Notes under the pieces: model-generated
Told to the model about the DNA's origin: nothing
Database searches by the model: none
Seen by the model: only the letters and a program-made list of their open reading frames with translations
Part shown: positions 1-10,560 of the stretch, piece by piece
Layout of the letters: each line of letters begins with the position of its first letter
Position numbering within the stretch: the first letter of the stretch is position 1
Program-made: the position numbers and the translations under genes
Origin: Octopus bimaculoides
Taxonomy: Eukaryota
Length of the DNA: 32,686 nt
Reading direction: 5' to 3'
Assembly: GCF_001194135.2 (NCBI RefSeq)
Contig: NC_069005.1
Location: 8,787,136 to 8,819,821, forward strand

Positions 1-62
1 TATATATATATGTATATATGTATATATATATGTATATATATATATATATATATATACATACA

Positions 63-250
63 CATGACCGTTGACTGAACACTATTCAATTTTTTTTCTC
101 AGTGTCTTTCTCCTTGTCTCCGTATTCTTTCTGTTGAAGAGCGTAGCTCGAAACGTCAAAGACTTTCCGTATTCCTGAGCGTCATACTAATATATACTTT
201 TGTTATTTACACCACCTGTCCTCGTCTGTTGTTATTTTTTGTATATTCTC
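63..250 (+). mobile_element. Penelope-like element (PLE) pLTR-type fragment carrying a minimal hammerhead motif
   Basis: Non-microsatellite island between (TA)n tracts. It contains the hammerhead-like motif at 126-162. The downstream sequence (cctgagcgtcatactaatatatact) resembles that after the related motif at 22038-22074 (tctgagaatcttattaatactttac). PLE assignment is inferred from the motif only. Confidence 0.5.
126..162 (+). ncRNA. Minimal type-I hammerhead ribozyme-like motif (variant core CUGUUGAA)
   Basis: UCUUU-CUGUUGAA-GAGC(GUA)GCUC-GAAACGUC-AAAGA: stem I 5 bp, stem II 4 bp, GAAA, palindromic ACGU replacing stem III, GUC cleavage triplet. The core deviates from CUGANGA. Confidence 0.6.
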
Positions 251-468
251 CTACATACACATATATATATATATATGTATATATGTCTATATCTATGTAT
301 CTATCTATAAATATATACACACAGGTATATTGAAGTATAAGTTGGCTAAGACGAGGAGACACTTGAAAATATGTGCTCTACATAATATTGAAATAAATAC
401 ATACATATTCATGTACTGTGAATACATTTATGTATCTATTCTTTTTAATGTATGTGGATTCATATTTA

Positions 469-1259
469 CTTGGTAAGGTGGAAAAGCTCAATAAATGGGG
501 GTACCACATGAGCTCAATGGAAATCAAAAAGTTCATCGTTTTGAAGTGTGCTCGATGCTCTTTCTGCGAAACACCAATGATCCTTTTCTTGACCAAATAG
601 TCACTTGTGATGAAAAGTGGATCCTTTATGATAACCCTTAAACAATCAGGTCAATCGCTTGATCGTGATGAGTCCTCCAAACATTTCGCAAGGCCTAAGT
701 TGCATCAGCAAAATATTATGGTGAATGTCTCGTGGTCTGCAATTGGTATTGTCTATTACAGCTTTCTGGAAGCCAATCAGAGCATCACAGCAGAGGTTTA
801 CTGCAATCAAATCACTGAAATGCATGCTCACTTGCAAAAAATGAGACCTGCATTGGTGAATTGGCATGGCCCAATTCCGCTCCACGATAATGCAAAGCCA
901 CATGTTGCAATAATGATGCTGCAGAAACTCACAAACTTGGGATATGAGACTTTACCACATCCTCCGTATTCTCCTCATCTTTCACCCACTGACTACCATT
1001 TTTTTAAAGCATGCAAACATGTTTTTAAGTGATAAAACTTTTCGGTCCAGACCAGAGGTGAAATCAGCTTTTAAAGATTTCTTAGTACCAAAGCCAATAA
1101 TTTTTTTTATCAATGAGGCATAATTAATCTCGTTGATCGTTGGCAGAGATGCATAGATGTTCATGGCTCATACTTTGACTAACCAAAACATTTATATTGT
1201 TAATTTTTCCAGAATAAAATTGTTTCTGAAATCAGCCATTAGTTTTGGGACAACCTATA
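469..1259 (+). mobile_element. 5'-truncated mariner (DD34D) transposon with intact 3' TIR
   Basis: Transposase remnant, 3' UTR, then attagttttgggacaacctaTA at 1238-1259, which resembles a mariner terminal repeat ending in TA. No 5' TIR found. Confidence 0.9.
472..1182 (+). pseudogene. Frameshifted mariner transposase (C-terminal two thirds)
   Basis: Across frameshifts: GKVEKLNKW/VPHEL, IVTCDEKWILYDN, LHDNAKPH, PHPPYSPHLSPTDYHFF, RWQRCIDVHGSYFD*. There are 34 residues between the 2nd and 3rd catalytic D. It has at least 3 frameshifts and an internal stop. Confidence 0.93.
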
Positions 1260-1260
1260 C

Positions 1261-1331
1261 CTTTCAGGTGCTTCCATAGATATTTTTGATAAAATATCTC
1301 CACCTTTGCTGTCAGTTTCCATAACATATAT
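1261..1331 (-). CDS. Candidate 71-nt coding exon, product unknown
   Basis: Acceptor ctgattccttaactgtAG, donor AAG|GTATAG. Two frames are open: IYVMETDSKGGDILSKISMEAPE (purine-first, A/T-third codon bias) or YMLWKLTAKVEIFYQKYLWKHLK. No transcript evidence. Confidence 0.35.
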
Positions 1332-1371
1332 CTACAGTTAAGGAATCAGTGTCCAGAAGATATGGATCTCT

Positions 1372-1471
1372 TCATGGTTTGGCTATAGTAAAAGACACCA
1401 AGGAGCCATGCAGTGGAACTGAACCTGGAACTATGTGATTGGGAAGCAAGCTTCTTACCACACAGCCACGC
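1372..1471 (-). mobile_element. tRNA-head SINE (family A), 5' part
   Basis: Minus strand reads gtggctgtgtggtaagaagcttgcttcccaatcacatagttccaggttcagttccactg, with A-box- and B-box-like segments. Matches other copies in the window. Confidence 0.85.
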
Positions 1472-1502
1472 TTTTCTTTCCTTCTACTGTTTACTATGCA
1501 AC

Positions 1503-1605
1503 AGGAGGGCCATTCCATTGTAGAAGTTCTGTCTAAACACAAAATTCTTGTCCGACCCAGCTGAGACATGGAAAAGTCAACCTAAGGATGACGATGATGA
1601 TGTAT
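1503..1605 (+). mobile_element. SINE/LINE 3' tail fragment ending in (GAT)n
   Basis: ccgacccagctgagacatggaaaagtcaacctaaggatgacgatgatgatg resembles the tails at 8415-8478 and 11220-11285. Confidence 0.55.
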
Positions 1606-1892
1606 GCGCAACTCCACTCCGTTTCATAACACCCTCCCTTTTGTATGGCATATTTTCATATTGTATGTATGAGTCCTTGAGGCCAATAATGAAAGAATTA
1701 TTATTAATTTCTCTATATTATGCATCGTTATCATTATTATTGTTACCGCTGTTGTTGTTATTGTGATGAAAATTAATTTTTCATTGTTATTTATATTGTT
1801 GCTGTATTATTACTATTATTGTATTATTGCATTTTGAAGGTCTACGAAAGCTGAGAGGAGGAGGGGAGACCTATAGCTACACATCACACACA

Positions 1893-1942
<50 letters not shown>

Positions 1943-2802
1943 NNNNNNNNNNNNNNNNNNNNNNNNNNNNNNNNNNNNNNNNNNNNNNNNNNNNNNNNNN
2001 NNNNNNNNNNNNNNNNNNNNNNNNNNNNNNNNNNNNNNNNNNNNNNNNNNNNNNNNNNNNNNNNNNNNNNNNNNNNNNNNNNNNNNNNNNNNNNNNNNNN
2101 NNNNNNNNNNNNNNNNNNNNNNNNNNNNNNNNNNNNNNNNNNNNNNNNNNNNNNNNNNNNNNNNNNNNNNNNNNNNNNNNNNNNNNNNNNNNNNNNNNNN
2201 NNNNNNNNNNNNNNNNNNNNNNNNNNNNNNNNNNNNNNNNNNNNNNNNNNNNNNNNNNNNNNNNNNNNNNNNNNNNNNNNNNNNNNNNNNNNNNNNNNNN
2301 NNNNNNNNNNNNNNNNNNNNNNNNNNNNNNNNNNNNNNNNNNNNNNNNNNNNNNNNNNNNNNNNNNNNNNNNNNNNNNNNNNNNNNNNNNNNNNNNNNNN
2401 NNNNNNNNNNNNNNNNNNNNNNNNNNNNNNNNNNNNNNNNNNNNNNNNNNNNNNNNNNNNNNNNNNNNNNNNNNNNNNNNNNNNNNNNNNNNNNNNNNNN
2501 NNNNNNNNNNNNNNNNNNNNNNNNNNNNNNNNNNNNNNNNNNNNNNNNNNNNNNNNNNNNNNNNNNNNNNNNNNNNNNNNNNNNNNNNNGTTGCTTCGTG
2601 TGATGTTTGCATGTGTGTATGTATGAATGTACTTGCAAATGTAAGTTCACACTTATGTATGTATGTGTGTGTGTGTGTGTACTTAAGAGTCAGTTTGCGC
2701 CTGTGTTTATTACCAGTGTGTATGTGTTAGTTGTTTTCAAGTAAATGCATATATGCGAGTATGCGTGTGCTTTGTGTGCAAGTATAAGCGNNNNNNNNNN
2801 CT

Positions 2803-3600
2803 ACTACTACTACTACTACTACTTCGACTACTACTACTGTTGCTGCTGTTGTCGTCAATAGTAGTAGTGGTGGAGGTAGTGGTTGCAGTGATGGTGGTGG
2901 TAATAATGGTAAATATCTCAAAACTTAGCTTAAGCTTCAGAGAGAGGGGGGTGAGAGGGAGAAGTGGAGTGAGTGAAAGGGGAGGGATAGAGAGAGAAAG
3001 GAGGAGAGAGAGAGAGAGACAATGTCTCTGAGTATAAGTGTGTATCTGTTGCTTCGTGTGATGTTTGCATGTGTGTATGTATGAATGTACTTGCAAATGT
3101 AAGTTCACACTTATGTATGTATGTGTGTGTGTGTGTGTACTTAAGAGTCAGTTTGCGCCTGTGTTTATTACCAGTGTGTATGTGTTAGTTGTTTTCAAGT
3201 AAATGCATATATGCGAGTATGCGTGTGCTTTGTGTGCAAGTATAAGCGTGTGTGTGTGTGTGTGTATGTATATTTGCGAGGCTGTACAAGTGTATATATG
3301 TCCTTGCAGTTATGTGTGCATGTGTCTATACAAGTATGTATATGTTTGCACTTATGTGCATCCTCAGTGTGTGTGTATGAATGTGTATGTGCATGCAAGT
3401 GTGTACATCTCTATGTGTGTGTATGGTAGCAATTGTGTAGCTCCCCCCCACCCTCTGCCACAAAGTGTGTGTGTGTGTGTGTGTGTGTATGCAAATATAT
3501 CTGTATGTGTCGCTGGGAGTATGTGTGTATGTGAGTGCATGGGGTGTGCATACATGTATGTGTATGCCCTTCATGTATGCTTCTGTGTGTGTGTGTGTGT
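2803..3600. repeat. Mixed microsatellite/low-complexity block ((CTA)n, (GTG)n, (GA)n, degenerate (GT)n/(GTAT)n)
   Basis: Directly visible simple repeats. Confidence 0.9.
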
Positions 3601-3615
3601 GTAAGTGGTACTTAC

Positions 3616-3676
3616 ATCGAAAGCCATAGCTCCATAAACCTGTCTGTCAGCTCAGTGTATCCAGAGTAAATAATCT
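3616..3676 (-). CDS. Candidate exon with canonical donor, product unknown
   Basis: Donor GAT|GTAAGT, acceptor gctaaatccttctttAG (61 nt; open frame IIYSGYTELTDRFMELWLS). An alternative frame gives an in-frame stop then gctATGG (M-A-F-D), in phase with the 1261-1331 exon. It lies in a locally CpG-rich unique island. Confidence 0.4.
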
Positions 3677-3944
3677 CTAAAGAAGGATTTAGCAACGAAT
3701 ATCGAATCAGAGCGGAATTCAGAACAAAATCAAACTGAGTGACGGATTTACCTCCCCTTCGTCTCACCACCAACGCCGCTGCCAGCACCAACACCAGCAC
3801 CAATGGCACCACAGTCCCTGCCACATCTACCTCAAGACACTCTGTGTGCATGTGTATGTGTGTGTGTGTGTGTGTGAGAGTGCATGCGTGCATCTTACCT
3901 CATCCAGCGAATGACTGAACCAATTATTTACTTACTTTGCACTG

Positions 3945-4884
3945 TATGTATGCTTGCGTATGCGTATAGATAGATAAGTGGATGGATAGATGGATAGGTA
4001 GAGATATTTGTGTTTCTATGGATAGATGTATGTATGCATGTGCATCCATGGGTAGATCCATGGATGGGCAAATAGATATTTGCGTTTGTTTAAAGCTGTG
4101 TGTGTGTGTGTATGTATGTGTATGTACATACTGATGTCTGTCTTTCTGTGTATTCCTATGTATGTTTGTTTGTATGTATTGATGTCTGTCTGCCTGTTTG
4201 TGTTTCTATGTATGCGTGTATGTATGTATGGATGCACGTCTACCTGTCTGTGTTTCTATGTATGTATATATGTATCAATGTCTGTTTATTTGTCTGTGTT
4301 TGTATGTATGTATGTATTCACGTCTACCTGTCTTCCTATGTATGTATGTAGTTATGTGTGTATGGTGTCTGTTTACCTGTCTGTGTTTGTATGCATGTAT
4401 GTATGTATAGATGCCTGTCTGTCTGTCTGTTTGTATGTATGTATGTATGATTCCATGGATGGATGGATAGACAGATATATGTAAGTTTATTCGCATGTTA
4501 CATATGAATTTATAAATGGATGAATGGATGGATGTCTGGATATATGTAAGTGCATACATATATATCTATGGATGAGTGCATATGTACTCATGGATGAACA
4601 AATAGATACATGTCTATAGAAAAATGCATGTGTTTGTATAGACGGGTGGCTATATATATATGTATGTATGTAAATATCTATGGATAAATGTACGTTTGTC
4701 TCTATGAATGGTGTATGAATGTATGAATAGGTGTGTGGTATGTGTACAAGATGTATGTTTGTATTCATATGTATATGTGTCTATGTATGTGTACTACCAG
4801 GATGGCATGGCCTGATATTTGACTGTTTATACTCTAAGCTCAGTAACATCTATTTCTCTGTCTATCCATTCATCTGACTATTCT

Positions 4885-4935
<51 letters not shown>

Positions 4936-5058
4936 ATATATATATATATGTGTACATACACACACACATATGTATGTATGTTTGTATGTATGACATGAAT
5001 ATCAATCTCCTGTTTCTCTTGAGATACTTACATAAATATATATACATACATATATATG

Positions 5059-5135
<77 letters not shown>
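3945..5135. repeat. Degenerate (GTAT)n/(GGAT)n/(GT)n/(TA)n microsatellite field
   Basis: Directly visible simple repeats. Confidence 0.9.
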
Positions 5136-5559
5136 AAGTTGTCTAGATTTCTCATTGCGTCATGGATCTTATCTTATTTCCATCTCTGTTTTTGAAATTT
5201 ATTCGTTTCATTTCATGCTTGTTTATTGTTTTTTCTTATTTATTTTATCTATTTCTTATATTTCTTATTATCTAAAGATGACAATTATATAACTAAATAG
5301 GATCAATCAGCTTGTCACATGTTCCCTCTTTTTTCTTTTCTTTTCTCTCTCCTTGTGTATTCTCCTCCCTATCTTTATCTATCTCCTTCTCTCATTTTTG
5401 CTTTTCCAATTTCAAAATCCCCTGGTAGTTGTTAAGTCAATCTCCTGGATCTTATGCAGAGAAGAAATCAATTTCAACTTTGGTATTGTCATCATCATCA
5501 GCATCACCAGCAACATCATCTCCTACCTAGTTGTTGCTGTTTTTGTTGTTTTCATGATT

Positions 5560-5727
5560 GTTCTCTTTCACCTTCTTCTCTCTCTTCTTCTTCTCTTTCT
5601 TCTCCACAACCACCACCACCTTCTTCTTCTTCTTTTTCTTTTTCTTCTTCTTCTTCTTCTTCTTCTTCTTCTTCTTCTTCTTCTTCTTCTTCTTCTTCTT
5701 CTTCTTCTTCTTCTTCTTCTTCTTCTT
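5560..5727. repeat. (CTT)n microsatellite running into a gap
   Basis: Directly visible. Confidence 0.95.
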
Positions 5728-6544
5728 NNNNNNNNNNNNNNNNNNNNNNNNNNNNNNNNNNNNNNNNNNNNNNNNNNNNNNNNNNNNNNNNNNNNNNNNN
5801 NNNNNNNNNNNNNNNNNNNNNNNNNNNNNNNNNNNNNNNNNNNNNNNNNNNNNNNNNNNNNNNNNNNNNNNNNNNNNNNNNNNNNNNNNNNNNNNNNNNN
5901 NNNNNNNNNNNNNNNNNNNNNNNNNNNNNNNNNNNNNNNNNNNNNNNNNNNNNNNNNNNNNNNNNNNNNNNNNNNNNNNNNNNNNNNNNNNNNNNNNNNN
6001 NNNNNNNNNNNNNNNNNNNNNNNNNNNNNNNNNNNNNNNNNNNNNNNNNNNNNNNNNNNNNNNNNNNNNNNNNNNNNNNNNNNNNNNNNNNNNNNNNNNN
6101 NNNNNNNNNNNNNNNNNNNNNNNNNNNNNNNNNNNNNNNNNNNNNNNNNNNNNNNNNNNNNNNNNNNNNNNNNNNNNNNNNNNNNNNNNNNNNNNNNNNN
6201 NNNNNNNNNNNNNNNNNNNNNNNNNNNNNNNNNNNNNNNNNNNNNNNNNNNNNNNNNNNNNNNNNNNNNNNNNNNNNNNNNNNNNNNNNNNNNNNNNNNN
6301 NNNNNNNNNNNNNNNNNNNNNNNNNNNNNNNNNNNNNNNNNNNNAAAAAAAAAAAAAAAAAAAAATCAAACCACCCCACCAAAAAAAACAAACAAGAAAA
6401 AGCAGACAAAAAAAACCCCTATCAAGTATTAGTTTCTATTTGGGAATTAGCAATTCTATTTCAAGTGTTATTACATTTTGGTGGGCAGTCTGTTGGTTTA
6501 TTTAGCTTTTGTTTTATACATCAGAACATGCAGTTGCCAACTGA

Positions 6545-6776
6545 TTAACACTTTTAGCTTTCAGATTACTCTGTCAAATGTAATGCTTATTTACTCACAT
6601 TGATTTCAATTAAGCGTGCATATTACCTTGTTGCTTGGAGATTTCAATGATGAAATTTTTTATTTTTAGAGTAACTTTGTAGGGTAGGTGTGAGAGGCCA
6701 GATCTTGCTGATTTGAACCACGAAACAGGTCAAATATTTTGGCTGGATATGGTTGGTTTAAATGTTAAAGGGTTCC
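6545..6776. mobile_element. TTAA-bounded MITE-like element (family M), copy 1
   Basis: Starts ttaacacttttagc and ends gttaaagggtt. The internal sequence (cagattactctgtcaaatg...gtgtgagag...ggtttaaatg) is shared with 7296-7522 and 21660-21868. Confidence 0.75.
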
Positions 6777-6822
6777 ATGATCTTTCTTGAAATGTAAGAT
6801 CTGATTGTGGGGCTTTGATATG

Positions 6823-7215
6823 TTATTCTTTTATTCTTTTATTTTTTGACTGTGGCCATGCTGGAGCACTGCCTTGAAAGGTTTGAGCTGAACAAATCGA
6901 CCTCAGGACTTTTTTCTTTTCTTTCAAAGCCTAGTACTTAGCCTATCTGTCTCTTTTGCCAAACTGCTAAGTTACAGTGACATAAACACACCAACACTGG
7001 TTATCAAGCAATGAGGGGGGAGACAAATACAGACACAAAGACACACACACACACACATGATGGGCTTCTTTCAGTTTCTCTCTGCCAAATCCACTCGCAA
7101 GACTTTGGTTGGCCTAAGGTTATAGTAGAAGACACTTGCCTGAGGTACCATGCTGTGGGACTGAACCCGGAACCATGTGGTTGGGAAGCCATCTTCTTAC
7201 CACACAGCCACACTT
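6823..7215 (-). mobile_element. tRNA-head SINE (family A), near full length
   Basis: tRNA-like head, internal (TG)n, 3' body ...gctccagcatggccacagtcaa, and an (AAAAGAAT)-like tail on the minus strand. Confidence 0.88.
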
Positions 7216-7295
7216 GTGAGCTTTCCTTCAAGAGAATGACTGAGCTGTTGCTGTTGTCATGTTGTTGTTGTTACTGTTGTTATTTAGAGTAAAGT

Positions 7296-7522
7296 TTAAC
7301 CGTTTATTATTCAGATCACTCTGTCAAATGCTACACTTACTGATTCACATTGTTTTGTATTAATCATGCATATCTCATAGCTTTGCAATTTAGTTGATGT
7401 AATTGTATATTTTTAGAATGACATTGCAGGGTAAGTGTGAGAGTTCAGATCAGGCTGGTTTAAACATAAGACAGGTAGAACATTTGGCCTGAATATGACT
7501 GGTTTAAGTGCTAAAGAGTTAA
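7296..7522. mobile_element. TTAA-bounded MITE-like element (family M), copy 2
   Basis: TTAA at both ends (ttaaccgttt ... ctaaagagttaa), short imperfect inverted termini, homologous to 6545-6776. Confidence 0.78.
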
Positions 7523-8025
7523 ACACTTAAACCAGCCACATTTGGCTCAAATATTCCTCCTGGTTTATTTCAGAGACTCAGCTACTCTAAGTCTCTGTTC
7601 CAACAACACAGCATAATTGTTTTTACAACCCATCCTGTCATCACTGATTCAGAGATTTATAATCAAATATGCACTGAGTGGTGTTACTAGGTAGAGGCAG
7701 TATTCAATTAGCTTGTTCAGAGAAACAGGGACTGTGATTTAGTAGGGGTGAAATAGCCAGAGAGAGAGAGAGATAGATGATACTGTGAGAGTATGACTGT
7801 CTTAGAATTTGGAGGGAGGGAGGGGGAGGAGATAAATTGCCTATAGATATGGCTCACAAAAGACATGGACACCTGTGTGATGTTTGCTATCCAGAAATCT
7901 CATCAAGTGATGTATCCTCAGGTGGTCCCTGATGTTTATGATATCAGCAGAATAGAACAGAATAGGACAAAACCAACATAAAATCTATACTCTTTAAATT
8001 AGACAAAAAAAAAACCATTTTCAAT

Positions 8026-8186
8026 TAGGCACAGGCATGGCTGTGCGGTAAGAAGTTTGTTTCCCAACTGCATGGTCTTGGGTTCAGTTCCACACTGTGA
8101 CACCTTGTACAAGTGGCTTCTACTGAATCTTCATCAGTGGGTTTGGTTGACGGAAACTGAAAGAAGACTAAAGCTGTTATATATAC

Positions 8187-8228
<42 letters not shown>

Positions 8229-8478
8229 ACTCTTTCCTTTGACCTGATGTGATCATTGTAAATACATGCTACTGTCGTGCAAGTGGTCTCATTCATTTCC
8301 AACCTTCTGTGAAAACAATATCCGGTTATGCGGAAGTGTTACCTTGCTTGGAAACAGGTGAGAATTAGTGACAAGAAGGGCATCCCACCATAGAAAATGT
8401 GCCTCAGCAGATTCCATCCAACCCATGCAAGCATGGAAAAGGGGACATTAAGTGATGATGATGATGATGATGATGGTG
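8026..8478 (+). mobile_element. Composite SINE: family A tRNA head + (TG)n + (GAT)n-ended tail
   Basis: taggcacaggcatggctgtgcggtaag...ggttcagttcc head; 3' ccaacccatgcaagcatggaaaa...gatgatgatg tail shared with family B. Confidence 0.8.
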
Positions 8479-9011
8479 ATCTATTTAATGTGCCTGAGCC
8501 TGGAGTTAAATGCTGATGTCACCCTTTTGTTCCTCATCCTCCTACTGTGATTCCTAGATGTATTAATTATGTATCATATATAAACACTTTATACNNNNNN
8601 NNNNACACACATACACACACACATGCATATGAATGAGAAGTCACACATATCTAACACTTTTAGCTGCAAGCCTTATCTCTGTTCCGAGAACAACAAACAG
8701 CGGTAGTGGTGGTGGTTGCAGTGGTGGTGGTTGCAGTGGTGGTGGTGGTGTTAGTTATAGCTTAATCAAATTAGAATATGTTAGTAGACATTCAGTTGTA
8801 AACTCTAGTGTTGTGCCTGGGATGTGGTGCAGTGGGGTGGTGGTGGTTAATGGTTCGAGGGAGATGCAAAGAGGAAATAATAAGCAAATAAAAACATAGT
8901 GACATTTCTCTTACCAATTAAGAACAAAAGCAACTTTTTGTTATCTTCATTTCATTCAGCTTAGAGTAGATAGTTTGACCATAAAAATAGACCAGCAATT
9001 AAGTAATAAAT

Positions 9012-9032
9012 ATAATAATAATAATAATAATA

Positions 9033-9064
<32 letters not shown>
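9012..9064. repeat. Palindromic compound microsatellite (TAA)n(TTA)n
   Basis: Directly visible; self-complementary. Confidence 0.95.
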
Positions 9065-9065
<1 letters not shown>

Positions 9066-9528
9066 AAAAGATGGGCTACAGCAAATATTCTGTTCAATAC
9101 CACAGATTTGCTTGTCAGTTTGACCTTAACCAGTTGAGCATGTCCCTTGGTGACTGACGATATGTTGCATCTCTGATCATGAGCAGAAGTAGTGGTTGGG
9201 GCATCATAGCATGTGTTGAGAGGAATTCTTTGGGGTTTGAATAATTCACCTTTGTAAAGATGGGTGTTTTGCTCAACAGCCTTAAAAAAACCTTATTCAG
9301 GGACCTTTTGAGCGGGATGGGCTACTTGACCTGAAGAAAATTCTAGCTGGGCTCCACCTGCAAGGTCATGCGCTGTTTATCTTGATATGGGATCACCATG
9401 TCGTGCACATATGGATATGATGCATGTGCCTAGTGTACCCTTATCAGACGAGTAGTCATGATGGGTATAATGGGCTTCGTATATTTTACCCCAGTGTCAC
9501 TTTGATGGCATACACTGCTCTCTCACTC
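9066..9528 (+). mobile_element. Probable non-LTR retrotransposon 3' fragment ending ...ctctctcactc(AAT)n
   Basis: Complex ~460-bp island with higher GC, ending in an (AAT)n tail. No RT motif readable. Recognised as an octopus interspersed repeat from memory. Confidence 0.55.
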
Positions 9529-9547
9529 AATAATAATAATAATAATA

Positions 9548-9577
<30 letters not shown>
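9529..9577. repeat. Palindromic compound microsatellite (AAT)n(TAT)n
   Basis: Directly visible; near copy of 9012-9064. Confidence 0.95.
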
Positions 9578-9579
<2 letters not shown>

Positions 9580-9812
9580 AAGGTGGTAAGCTGGCAGAAT
9601 CATTAGCATGCCAGGCAAAATGCTTAGCAACATTTTGCCTGTCTTTACGTTCTGAGTTCAAACTCTGACAAGGTCAACTTTGTCTTTCATCCTTTTGAGG
9701 GGGGGGGGTGATAAATTAAGTACCAGCTGTGTACTGAGGTCACTCTAATCGACTGGCCCCCTCCTTCCAAATTTCAGGCCTTGTGCCTATGGTAGTAAAG
9801 GATTATTATTCT
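9578..9812 (+). mobile_element. tRNA-head SINE (family C, Nin/Deu-like central domain)
   Basis: aaggtggtaagctggcagaatc head, gagttcaaa B box, aggtcaactttgtctttcatcct...gataaattaagtaccag core, (TTA)n tail. Homologous to 24972-25194 and 31558-31943. The domain name is from memory. Confidence 0.82.
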
Positions 9813-9814
9813 TA

Positions 9815-9918
9815 TTATTACCTCCGTCTTCGCTAAGGCAGAGGTATTGTTTTCATTCGCATTTGTTTGTTTTTTTGTCCGTGGACAAGATATCTCAAGA
9901 ACTGTTGGATGGATTGGT
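9815..9918 (+). mobile_element. 5' fragment of a Helentron/DINE-1-like non-autonomous element
   Basis: Terminal hairpin tacctc-c-gtctt(cgct)aaggc-a-gaggta (9819-9846), then tattgttttc, a (TTTG)n-like stretch, gtccgt and gatatctcaagaac...ggatggatt. This is the usual order of motifs in such elements. Confidence 0.6.
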
Positions 9919-10036
9919 TACTGCACAAAGATGAAACAAAGATATAAAAGAAAAAAATAGGATATTGCAGGGTCAAGAGAAAACTGACTCAAACTAGACA
10001 ATAAAAGTTATGGTTGGTTTTGAGCCTACAAAATCA

Positions 10037-10560
10037 TTACTTACATAAACCCTTAAAATTCCTTATAGAAACTCCCTAAAGAACATAAGCCATTGATGAC
10101 TTTTCTACTCTGTTCTTGATTCTGGGCACAATTTTCTGCTTTTCTCCAGTTGGAATCCTGCTTTTTCAGCTCTGTCTCTATATTTTTAAGGCATCTTCTT
10201 TTCCACCTCCCTTATGGGTTCATATGTCTCCCTGAAGAAAGGCCTTCCTCCCCCATGGGTCTTGTTGGTTCTAAATTGTCATTGATGTTTCTGTAACTTT
10301 GATTTTTCTCTAAGTAGGGATGTTGGCCCTACAAAAATTCATTTTTACTTCTAGGAAGACGTGATCCACATTAGTCTGGCCCCTATCTTTTCCCCTGTCC
10401 AGCATGAGAGTCCCTGCCAGGAGCTTGTGCTCTGCCAGCATATCTCTCAGGGGGGTCATTGTTGCTAGCGGTCAAAGGGAAACAATTCCCTATTGTTGAC
10501 AGAGTAACAAAGTCTTTTCCTCCTCCATTTTCTAGAAAGGCCGCTTGCTAGGGTCTGAAG
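10037..10560 (-). mobile_element. Degenerate RTE-clade LINE remnant
   Basis: Minus strand 10240-10081 reads NP*GRWKRRCLKNIETELKKQDSNWRKAENCAQNQEQSRKVINGLCS, similar to RTE ORF C-termini (WNP.G...W..LE..AQDR..WR.LV.GLCS), followed by a gtaagtaa tail. Upstream LRDMLAEHKLLAGT...GQTNVDHVFL resembles the AP-endonuclease region. Confidence 0.7.

Noticed and set aside
2590-3248. Identical 201-bp duplication (2590-2790 = 3048-3248)
   Set aside because: The first copy is an isolated contig between two N-gaps and is 100% identical, so it is most likely a scaffolding artefact.
3612-3893. Unspliced ORF with a transmembrane-like stretch (TVVPLVLVLVLAAALVVRRR)
   Set aside because: The hydrophobic run comes from a (TGG/TGC)-like low-complexity tract and the ORF starts in a (CA)n repeat. 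Not supported as a membrane protein.
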